Of a stretch of 64,000 bases of DNA, positions 55,772 to 63,279 are shown one piece after another. The position numbers and the translations under genes are program-made. The notes under the pieces are model-generated. The model was not told where the DNA came from. It worked only from the letters and a program-made list of their open reading frames with translations, and searched no databases. Source of the stretch: a virus; the IMG/VR virus record IMGVR_UViG_3300045988_176431, positions 160,001 through 224,000 of that record; one strand, given 5' to 3'. Within the stretch, counting starts at the first letter, position 1; each line of letters starts with the position of its first letter.

Positions 55772-56569
55772 TTATGCAAAAAAGAAAACCACTGCCATTA
55801 CAATTTTTTGCCAAAATTTTCCAAAAACAGAACTGATTTTTCGAATCACCCGTTTTATTAGTGACACATGTTCTTTTGCTATTTTCTCATCATCTGTTAA
55901 TGAGATATTTTTTAAGTTTTTCTCCATTGTTATACCCACATTTTTAAGTTCATGAGTAATCTCTATAAAATCTTTCTCCATCGTATTTGTACCTTTTAGA
56001 TTATCCTCAACATATTTAATTGCTACATCAATTGGTACTTGGATTTTATTATGAAGAATATATTGTAATTCTTCTTCCATTTCATTTAAATCATCTTCAA
56101 TACTAGAAGCAACTGCTTCTAATTTACGTTTTGATTTAAAATTTCCTCTGGATAAAGTATTTAATTTCTTTTTTATTTTCATATAGCAAGAATCATAATA
56201 TCTTACATAAGAAGGAACATCAACCATCTGGACTTTCTTTGAACCATTGGCTTTTTGTTCTTGTAAATCTTTTTTCAATTGTCTTAACTTAAAATGAACT
56301 TCTTTTTTCTTAATGAGAGAACTGACATCGTTCTTTAACTTTTTAGCAAAAGCAACGATATTATTAATCATCTTTTGAATAAAGGAAACCAGATCATTCA
56401 AAACATCATAAACAGCACCCTCAGAATAATATTCATTTTCATCAATATCATTCAAGATACTAAGTTCACCTAAAGTACAATCAAGAATTAAAGCATTCAA
56501 TAATACTACCTCCTCTCTGTATTTTTTATAATTCATAAAAGATTTAATAATTATTACATTGTTTTTCAT
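55772..56569 (-). CDS. Hypothetical helical protein with a C-terminal TM; member of a loose 4-gene family
   Basis: N-terminal ...EYYSEG, then LVSFIQKMINNIVAFAKKLKN. C-terminal FWQKIVMAVVFFFA. Confidence 0.6.
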   Translation of the reverse strand: MKNNVIIIKSFMNYKKYREEVVLLNALILDCTLGELSILNDIDENEYYSEGAVYDVLNDLVSFIQKMINNIVAFAKKLKNDVSSLIKKKEVHFKLRQLKKDLQEQKANGSKKVQMVDVPSYVRYYDSCYMKIKKKLNTLSRGNFKSKRKLEAVASSIEDDLNEMEEELQYILHNKIQVPIDVAIKYVEDNLKGTNTMEKDFIEITHELKNVGITMEKNLKNISLTDDEKIAKEHVSLIKRVIRKISSVFGKFWQKIVMAVVFFFA

Positions 56570-56640
56570 ATATAAACTAGACAGAAAAGAATAAGTAGTA
56601 AGTATTGATATGAGCTGATATTATTAAACGGAAAAATATG

Positions 56641-56668
56641 TGATACACAGAAATTTCTGTGTATCACA
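56641..56668. terminator. Palindromic hairpin at the 3' end of the tRNA cluster
   Basis: GTGATACACAGAAA|TTTCTGTGTATCAC. Confidence 0.65.
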
Positions 56669-56676
56669 TAATTAAT

Positions 56677-56764
56677 GCCGGTGACGAGACTTGAACTCGT
56701 ACGGACAACTACGTCCCCAGGATTTTAAGTCCTGTATGTCTACCACAATTCCATCACACCGGCT
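56677..56764 (-). tRNA. tRNA-Leu (anticodon UAA), class II with a long variable arm
   Basis: Hand fold: acceptor GCCGGTG/CACCGGC, anticodon arm CAGGA-CTTAAAA-TCCTG, variable arm GGGACGTAGTTGTCCGT, T arm ACGAG-TTCAAGT-CTCGT. Coordinates +/-1-2 nt. Confidence 0.85.
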
Positions 56765-56799
56765 TTCTTTTTAATTTGTTTTTTATTTATCTTATAAAC

Positions 56800-56871
56800 T
56801 GCTCAAGTAGGACTCGAACCTACAACAACACGATTAACAGTCGTGGGCTCTACCATTGAGCTATTGAGCAT
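56800..56871 (-). tRNA. tRNA-Asn (anticodon GUU)
   Basis: Acceptor TGCTCAA/TTGAGCA, D arm GCTC-AATGGTA-GAGC, anticodon arm CACGA-CTGTTAA-TCGTG, T arm GTAGG-TTCGAGT-CCTAC. Confidence 0.85.
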
Positions 56872-56874
56872 AAG

Positions 56875-56999
56875 TCCCCTGTTCTCGGCATATGAAACTT
56901 GTAATAATAAATTTATTTTAACATTATCAAGCCGAAAGAAGGAGTGCCGAGAATTTTAATCTTGCCGGAATATCCCGTTCAAGATTCTATCAGGGGATA
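56875..56999 (-). ncRNA. Structured ~125-nt RNA embedded between tRNA-Glu and tRNA-Asn (not a tRNA)
   Basis: Closing stem 56876-82/56992-98 (7 bp). 9-bp stem TTCTCGGCA (56883-91) / TGCCGAGAA (56946-54). 7-bp stem AATCTTG (56959-65) / CAAGATT (56981-87) with an inner CGG/CCG. Only 2-4 nt spacers separate it from the flanking tRNAs. Confidence 0.45.
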
Positions 57000-57001
57000 A
57001 T

Positions 57002-57074
57002 GACTCCAGGGAGATTCGAACTCCCGTTACCGCCGTGAAAGAGCGGTGTCACTAACCACTAGACCATGGAGCCT
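57002..57074 (-). tRNA. tRNA-Glu (anticodon UUC)
   Basis: GGCTCCATGGTCTAGTGGTTAGTGACACCGCTCTTTCACGGCGGTAACGGGAGTTCGAATCTCCCTGGAGTCA. The core is near-identical to E. coli tRNA-Glu (ACACCGCCCTTTCACGGCGGTAAC). Confidence 0.9.
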
Positions 57075-57098
57075 TATTTCTTATTTGTTTTTTGCAAT

Positions 57099-57172
57099 GG
57101 ATGCTCAGGGAATCGAACCCTGGACCTCTCGGTTATGAGCCGATTTCTCTAACCAACTGAGATAAGCATCCT
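57099..57172 (-). tRNA. tRNA with a CAU anticodon (elongator Met, or Ile2 if lysidine-modified)
   Basis: Acceptor GGATGCT/AGCATCC, D arm CTCAGTTGGTTAGAG, anticodon loop CTCATAA, T arm CAGGG-TTCGATT-CCCTG. It lacks initiator features. Confidence 0.8.
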
Positions 57173-57214
57173 AAATTTAATTATTTGTTTTTCTTATTAT
57201 AAATAATTATAAAC

Positions 57215-57286
57215 TGCCCTAACTGGATTCGAACCAGTAAATACACGAGTCAAAGTCATGTGCCTTACCATTTGGCGATAGGGCAA
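57215..57286 (-). tRNA. tRNA-Gln (anticodon UUG)
   Basis: TGCCCTATCGCCAAATGGTAAGGCACATGACTTTGACTCGTG...CTGGTTCGAATCCAGTTAGGGCA, closely parallel to E. coli tRNA-Gln. Confidence 0.85.
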
Positions 57287-57430
57287 TAATTTCCCATTTG
57301 AGAATATCTTAAATGGGAAATGTCGAAAAAAGAAGTTTTTTGAGTAAAAACACTACATTTAGTCTTGAGATTATTCCTGTCATCTCAAGACTAAATAATT
57401 GTTATGATATGAATTATTTATTATTTATAC

Positions 57431-57474
57431 CAGAAAAAATCTGGAGATAATAAATAAATTATCATCTCCAGATT
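57431..57474 (-). terminator. Terminator after 57485..58342
   Basis: AATCTGGAGAT...ATCTCCAGATT, followed by TTTTTT in the minus orientation. Confidence 0.7.
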
Positions 57475-57484
57475 CATTTTTTTA

Positions 57485-58330
57485 TTAATCAGCATTATAA
57501 GAAATTTCAATATTCTTAATTGCGTCTTTCGAACGACATGCACGAATCTTTGTTTCAATTGTCTGTTGTTTACTGATTAATGGACGAACAACTGTCTCCA
57601 TCTCAAATGCAAGTTGTTTCAACTCATCAACAGTCCAATCATAAGTACATGCTTCACCTGTTGCATTCCAAGATGGCTGATAAGATACACCTGCTTTTTC
57701 TGCCATTTCAGCAATTGCAATCATGGATACAAGATACTGCTGTTTATCTGAAGTTATCGCATAAGTTGCTTCTTTTCCACCATGACATGTAGAAGTAATT
57801 GGATTCTCTTCCAGATAAGTCTGTAAAGCTGCTTTACTTTCTTTAATCTTATATTCTTTTGCTTCTGCAAAAGTCATTGTGTCAATATTCGTATTTGGAA
57901 TAATCGTTTCTACTGTTTTTTTCAGTTCTGTTGTTTCACTTTTAGCAGATTCAGATGCTGTTTTTGCATCGTTTGCCTTCTTAACAGTATCTGCTAAAGA
58001 GTTATTCCAGCTTTCAATTAATTTCTTTACATCACTTGTAAGAGCCATTGTTACAGAGAAGTTATCTTCACTAGCATCTTCTATAAATAAGTAAGAAATT
58101 GATACTAACTTACAATAACCTGTGTATTCTCCACCTGATTTTTTATCATCTAAAATCAAACTAACAAGTGCTGTAGCATCTTCATCGGTAAAGTCTTTTT
58201 TAATCTGCTCTAAAGAACCGGCAACATGATAAGTCATGGATGCTACATAAGTACCATCTACTAAAGAACTACCAAGTTCAGGGTTCTTTAATGCTGTATA
58301 TTCCGAACCATTTGCTAATAAAAGTTTCAT
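57485..58330 (-). CDS. Hypothetical protein with a DUF4376-like C-terminal domain
   Basis: Track ORF 57485..58342 (GTG); the ATG at 58330 is more plausible. C-terminal YAITSDKQQYLVSMIAIAEMAEKAG...WTVDELKQLAFEMETVVRPLISKQQTIETKI. Confidence 0.55.
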   Translation of the reverse strand: MKLLLANGSEYTALKNPELGSSLVDGTYVASMTYHVAGSLEQIKKDFTDEDATALVSLILDDKKSGGEYTGYCKLVSISYLFIEDASEDNFSVTMALTSDVKKLIESWNNSLADTVKKANDAKTASESAKSETTELKKTVETIIPNTNIDTMTFAEAKEYKIKESKAALQTYLEENPITSTCHGGKEATYAITSDKQQYLVSMIAIAEMAEKAGVSYQPSWNATGEACTYDWTVDELKQLAFEMETVVRPLISKQQTIETKIRACRSKDAIKNIEISYNAD

Positions 58331-58534
58331 GATAATATACACATCCTTTCAATTATTTTATATTAGAGAATTGTTTTTTACATACTATCTCGGATTTATT
58401 ACATTGTTTTTTCTATAAAATAAACATCGAATAAAAATATTGAATTATATTAAAATAAATTCATAAACTTATAATTAATGAGTTTTGCTCATTTACAGAA
58501 TCCTTTATTTAAATTCGTTCGTATTGTTCGTAGA

Positions 58535-58572
58535 AAAAGAGATATGTGAAATAAATCACATATCTCTTTTTT
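58535..58572 (+). terminator. Hairpin plus T-run upstream of the Mre11-like gene
   Basis: AAAAGAGATATGTGA...TCACATATCTCTTTTTT. Confidence 0.6.
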
Positions 58573-58638
58573 CGTCTTTTTAGCTTTATATTTTCTTTTT
58601 CACATATAATTTAAATGATTAAGAAAGGATTTAAAAAG

Positions 58639-59829
58639 ATGAGAAAAGGACTTTTAATTGCAGATTTGCATATAAAAGCTCAAGATTATATGCAAACGTA
58701 TAAAGAATATAAATTTTTAGAAAAGTACTTAGAAAATAAAACCTATGATTTTTGTATCATACTAGGTGACTTTTTTGATAGGAAGATTTATTCTTATGAA
58801 GATTATATTCAATTATCTTATAAGTATATGATTCTTCTTATGTCACATTGTAAAAAGATTCGTGTCGTTTATGGAACGCGTTCTCATGAAAATGATCAAT
58901 ACAATATCTTTGATATGGCAACAAAAGATATTTATAAATTAGCACCAAGTTCTTTTTCTATTGATTACAAGGTAATTAAACATGTGGAAGAAGAAGAACT
59001 CTTTCCAGATATGAATGTTTTATATGTTCCAGAAGAATATATTTTAGATAAGAAAGAATATTATTCTTCTTATCTAGGTACTAAAAAATATGATTATATT
59101 TTTGGACATGGTGTAATCCAAGAGGTTATGAGTAATGCTGTACGACATAGTGATAAAAAAACAAATAAAATAAAAAATCATAAAAAACCACCAGTGTTTA
59201 CCACTGCTGAGTTAAAAGAATCTTGTAAAGGACAAACTTTTTTTGGTCATTACCATATTCATACAAATATCGATAACAAGATTTTTTATGTTGGTAGTTT
59301 CTCAAGATTTTGCTTTGGGGAAGAAGAATCAAAAGGATTTTATGAGATTCAAACTGATGGAAAAAATTATGAAAGTAATTTTGTAAAAAATTTAGAAGCA
59401 AGAACTTTTATTACGAAACGATATGGATATAAGGATAAAATATTCTCTTCTGAAGAGAATTTAATGAAAGAAATCAACAGTATTCAAAAAAGAAAAGAAG
59501 TTGCTGGAATTGATTATTTACGACTTGTTTTTAATATACCAGAAGATTATGAAAACTCAGAATTTATGATAAATTTATTAAATGAGAAATTTAAATTTTC
59601 TGATGATATTAAGATTGAAGTAGTAAATGGCTATATTGAAAAGAAACGACAAGCAAACAAAGAACAAGTAAAAGAAATCTTTAAAAACTATGATATCATT
59701 TTTGAAAAAGATATTCCTTTAGAGAATAAGATTTCTTATTTTATAAAAGAAAAAAATGAAAAAGAAATCATACCAGAAAATGTAAAGAAATATTTAAGTT
59801 TTAAAGCAATTGAATTATTAAAAGATTAA
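58639..59829 (+). CDS. Mre11/SbcD-like metallophosphoesterase nuclease
   Basis: LLIADLHIK (motif I), ILGDFFD (II), GTRSHEN (III), FGHGV and FGHYH (V/VI). Track ORF 58615..59829, with the ATG at 58639 after AGAAAGGA. Confidence 0.65.
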   Translation: MRKGLLIADLHIKAQDYMQTYKEYKFLEKYLENKTYDFCIILGDFFDRKIYSYEDYIQLSYKYMILLMSHCKKIRVVYGTRSHENDQYNIFDMATKDIYKLAPSSFSIDYKVIKHVEEEELFPDMNVLYVPEEYILDKKEYYSSYLGTKKYDYIFGHGVIQEVMSNAVRHSDKKTNKIKNHKKPPVFTTAELKESCKGQTFFGHYHIHTNIDNKIFYVGSFSRFCFGEEESKGFYEIQTDGKNYESNFVKNLEARTFITKRYGYKDKIFSSEENLMKEINSIQKRKEVAGIDYLRLVFNIPEDYENSEFMINLLNEKFKFSDDIKIEVVNGYIEKKRQANKEQVKEIFKNYDIIFEKDIPLENKISYFIKEKNEKEIIPENVKKYLSFKAIELLKD

Positions 59830-59856
59830 ATATGAAAAAATGAAAGGAGATACAAA

Positions 59857-60570
59857 ATGATACAAATTAAATTTGAATCTAATAATAAAATAAAGAATTT
59901 AGTTCTTAAAAATTTAATTGATGATTCCCATAATAATAGTGAATACTCGTATCGAGCTATTAGAACGAAATGTTTAGAGTTAGCATCAACCCGATATGAA
60001 CATTGTGTTATGGTTTCCATGATATGTGAAAGCTTATTAAAAAAATATTTCGAATTATTAGAAAATCCATCAAATGAAGAATTATCAAAAAAAGAAGAAA
60101 AACAATTGATATCGTTGGCAGATCATGATGCTTTTAATTATGTATCAATTATGGGTATCATACACGATATGTATAAATTAAACGAAAAATATGCTAAAAA
60201 ACATGGAAAAGCTGCAGCATTGTGGTTCAGATGCTATATAAAAAAGAGTCATATACCATTCAAAAAAGAAATGAAAGATATTCATAAAGCAATTAAGTAC
60301 CATTCAAATAAAAAGAAATTAACTAATAATATCTTTTATAAAATATTATGTGATGCAGATATACTTTCAAAGTTTACACCGCAAACTGTTTATAAATATC
60401 GAAAAGAAAATGAAATATTTTATTTTGTTACTAATGAAGAAGTTATTAATGAAATGCTTGAAAAAGAAAATTATTTTGGAAAAACATTATTCTTTTATGA
60501 TGAATTACATTCTATAACAAAACTCATGATACAAAGTGATAGAGATTTAAAAGATAGTGGATGTTTATAA
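59857..60570 (+). CDS. HD-domain phosphohydrolase-like protein
   Basis: RYEHCVMVS...IMGIIHDMYK (H...HD) and CDADILSKF. RBS AAAGGAG. Confidence 0.5.
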   Translation: MIQIKFESNNKIKNLVLKNLIDDSHNNSEYSYRAIRTKCLELASTRYEHCVMVSMICESLLKKYFELLENPSNEELSKKEEKQLISLADHDAFNYVSIMGIIHDMYKLNEKYAKKHGKAAALWFRCYIKKSHIPFKKEMKDIHKAIKYHSNKKKLTNNIFYKILCDADILSKFTPQTVYKYRKENEIFYFVTNEEVINEMLEKENYFGKTLFFYDELHSITKLMIQSDRDLKDSGCL

Positions 60571-60582
60571 TAATTTACAGAT

Positions 60583-60621
60583 AAGTCTAAGTATACATTT
60601 TATTAATGTATACTTAGACTT
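60583..60621 (+). terminator. Hairpin after the HD-domain gene
   Basis: AAGTCTAAGTATACAT...ATGTATACTTAGACTT. Confidence 0.6.
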
Positions 60622-60638
60622 TGTGAGGTGAATTAAAT

Positions 60639-61079
60639 ATGTTAAAAGAACAACGAAAAGATATATTATTTGATTTATATACAGAATCAACACATAATAG
60701 AAAATTCAATATATTTAGTATAGATTCAAAAAATTTAAATGGAAAAACTGATAAAATATCAATATACAATAATAATCGGTTAACTATATATGATTTAGAC
60801 TATCGTACTGGTGGTTATAAAGGTTACAGATCAATCAATATAGCATTAAATGCAAGTAAAATACCAAAAGGAAAATTAGCATATGTACATACATTCATAG
60901 ATGTAACAGATTATGAGGAAGAAAGAAATAAAATAAATAAAGATAATGATACAAGTAAAGTAAAGAATTACTATATTCATTGTCAAATAGAATACAAATG
61001 TATTGGAAAAATACTAATAACTGAACCAGATAATAATGAAGATAGAGTTGGTTACGAATGGATTGAACGATACAATTAA
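60639..61079 (+). CDS. Hypothetical protein
   Basis: RBS GAGGTG, 146 aa. Confidence 0.6.
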   Translation: MLKEQRKDILFDLYTESTHNRKFNIFSIDSKNLNGKTDKISIYNNNRLTIYDLDYRTGGYKGYRSINIALNASKIPKGKLAYVHTFIDVTDYEEERNKINKDNDTSKVKNYYIHCQIEYKCIGKILITEPDNNEDRVGYEWIERYN

Positions 61080-61080
61080 T

Positions 61081-61119
61081 AGATATGGTCTATGAATAAT
61101 TATTCATAGACCATATCTA
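61081..61119 (+). terminator. Perfect palindromic terminator
   Basis: AGATATGGTCTATGAATAA T TATTCATAGACCATATCT, followed by TTTT. Confidence 0.75.
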
Positions 61120-61366
61120 GTTTTCTATACTTAGTTTTATTTATATATTATTTTTTTGTGATTCTTATCTAATACCAATGAATAGATTTCTAGTATTACA
61201 AAGAACACATTAATAATTTTGATTTTGGGAAACAACAAGAAGATCAGAAAGAACAGAAAGGAAGTGATAGGTCATGCAAACAACCTCAAATGGTTATTTC
61301 GACATAACTATCAGGAACAAGTATGATTCGGTGACTACAAAAAGAAAGGGGAGAAAAGAAAAATTC

Positions 61367-62332
61367 ATGTCTTTTATTATGTCATGTATTCTTTGTAGTT
61401 CACTTATGATATTTTCTAGTAGTGTTTCTTCATCATCAGAAGTTGCATCAGAAGATATTAAAGGGAAAAGCGAAGTTTTTCCAACGTCAACTCCAGAAGC
61501 AAAACGTAACAGAAAAGCTATTTCTGTTGCGAGTACGACATCAAAAGTTGATAAGCATGAAATTCAGATAAATAATTACTCATCTGTAAAATATTTGAAT
61601 CATGCAAAAATAGTAAGCGTAACCAATAAATCTTCCGAAAATCAAAATGTTAGTACAAGTGGTTCAGCAGTTAGTGTTACAGGAAGTGCAATTTCTGTAA
61701 CTGGTAGTGCAGTATCTGTTAGTGGTTCTGCAGTTACTACTAATTCAACTTTTATTGGACCATTCAACAAAGTAACTGTTAATCAATCTGAGGTAAATGA
61801 TCGTGAAGTTATACTTACTCCTTCACCAGAACCATCTCAGAAACCAAAAACGAAAGAAGTGAAAAAAGAAAAGAAAAAGAAGAGCAAAAAAAGAATGAAA
61901 TTAAATGTCAATACAGGATTGACAGGAAAAATGAAAATGCGTGCTGATATTATTGCGAATATCTGTTTAAATAACTGGGATGACTATGGTGTTCTACCAT
62001 CGGTAGCAATTGGGCAGGCATTTGTAGAAAGTACAATCGGCAAACATTGTAGAGGATATAATCTCTGGGGGATTAATTCAGGAAGGGGCTATAATTATAG
62101 CTCACTAAGGGAAGGTACATTTGCGTACTTAAAGGTAATCAATAATGGTTATTATAAAAAAGCACCATTTACAAAGAGTAGTCGATTACAAATTCGTCGT
62201 ATCTTAAATGGTGGTTATTGTGTTCCTGAAGGTGATTATTATTCAAACTTTACTTGGGCATTAAATCGGTATAACTTAGAAGAGTATGACCGACAAATGT
62301 TTGAAATCCTGAAAAATAGGGACAAAAAGTAA
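61367..62332 (+). CDS. Secreted/membrane-anchored glucosaminidase-domain (LytD/FlgJ-type) peptidoglycan hydrolase
   Basis: Track ORF 61274..62332; the ATG at 61367 gives the signal-like MSFIMSCILCSSLMIFSSSVSS. C-terminal LPSVAIGQAFVESTIGKHCRGYNLWGINSG is the glucosaminidase signature. Central GSAVSVT x4 repeats and a KKEKKKKSKK linker. Confidence 0.6.
   Translation: MSFIMSCILCSSLMIFSSSVSSSSEVASEDIKGKSEVFPTSTPEAKRNRKAISVASTTSKVDKHEIQINNYSSVKYLNHAKIVSVTNKSSENQNVSTSGSAVSVTGSAISVTGSAVSVSGSAVTTNSTFIGPFNKVTVNQSEVNDREVILTPSPEPSQKPKTKEVKKEKKKKSKKRMKLNVNTGLTGKMKMRADIIANICLNNWDDYGVLPSVAIGQAFVESTIGKHCRGYNLWGINSGRGYNYSSLREGTFAYLKVINNGYYKKAPFTKSSRLQIRRILNGGYCVPEGDYYSNFTWALNRYNLEEYDRQMFEILKNRDKK
61658..61737 (+). 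repeat. About 4 x 21-bp in-frame tandem repeat (GSAVSVT)
   Basis: SGSAVSVTGSAISVTGSAVSVSGSAVT. Confidence 0.7.
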
Positions 62333-62471
62333 ATATAAGAATAGATATAGATTTTTATTTAGATTCATACTTTAAATTAAGTATTTAACTATATATTATT
62401 ATTAGGTATGATAATGATAGCTCAAGTCTATCTTTATTATCATATAAAATATTTTTAAGGAGGTCCTAACT

Positions 62472-63155
62472 ATGATGAAAGTTAGAAGCGGCGTTCAAGC
62501 GTCTGAAGACAGAGTAGAATACTCAATTACAACCACATTAGCAAAAGAGTACTTGCAGAATAAATTTAATCTGCTTACAAGTACAGCAAAGAAAAAGGGA
62601 TTAAATATCCCAGAAATTGACATTATGATGTACAATGAGAAACTTGGAAAGAATTTCATTCCATTCTTCTTGATTCTTCCAGAATCTGTTCTGGTATCAA
62701 ACAAAAAAGATGATGAGATTCCAAGTATCTTTAAATCAGAAAATACAGATCATGCAAGACTTCATACTCCATTCTATGAGCTTCTGAAAACGTATACGTT
62801 TAATAAAGATGATAAACGTGCATTTAGAGCACCTGAATGGAAACGTCGTGCAGGTATTCAGTCCGGTAAAAACATCGGAACATTACTTAAGTATTCAACA
62901 CCAAAGATTGAGAACTTTGGTGATGCTGGAAGAAAAGTAATCGTATTGATTGATCCGATTCGTTTATTCCATGATATGCTTACTGATGATTCTGCAAGAA
63001 AGCAGAGATTTGAAGTTAATATTGACCGTTGGAAAGAGATTGACCGTGCAACGGGAACTTGGAACTTCATTGTAAATCGTGTCATCGTTCGTAATAAACA
63101 CGACAATGATAACGAAATCTATGCAAAGATGTTGCGTAGAATTAATGAACATTAA
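62472..63155 (+). CDS. Hypothetical protein, probably highly expressed
   Basis: Strong RBS AAGGAGG, own terminator, and less AT-biased codons than the neighbours. 227 aa, no motif recognised. Confidence 0.65.
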   Translation: MMKVRSGVQASEDRVEYSITTTLAKEYLQNKFNLLTSTAKKKGLNIPEIDIMMYNEKLGKNFIPFFLILPESVLVSNKKDDEIPSIFKSENTDHARLHTPFYELLKTYTFNKDDKRAFRAPEWKRRAGIQSGKNIGTLLKYSTPKIENFGDAGRKVIVLIDPIRLFHDMLTDDSARKQRFEVNIDRWKEIDRATGTWNFIVNRVIVRNKHDNDNEIYAKMLRRINEH

Positions 63156-63170
63156 AATGATAATGTTTAA

Positions 63171-63207
63171 TAATGCGTATGGTTTATTCCATACGCATTA
63201 TTTTTTT
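63171..63207 (+). terminator. Rho-independent terminator
   Basis: TAATGCGTATGG...CCATACGCATTA plus TTTTTTT. Confidence 0.8.
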
Positions 63208-63279
63208 CGCTGTAATAAATTACATGAACTAAAACTTTAAATTAACGACAAAAAAATAAGAAAGGTGTGTACGAATATT

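Noticed and set aside
56875-56999. The inter-tRNA structured element as a sixth tRNA (possibly intron-containing or class II)
   Set aside because: It has a 7-bp closing stem but only two internal helices. There is no T-arm GTTC motif and no 7-nt anticodon loop in a plausible position, and it is about 125 nt long.
58440-58535. 23-codon ORF (MSFAHLQNPLFKFVRIVRRKRDM) upstream of the Mre11-like gene
   Set aside because: It has no RBS, is very short, and ends inside a terminator hairpin. There is not enough evidence.
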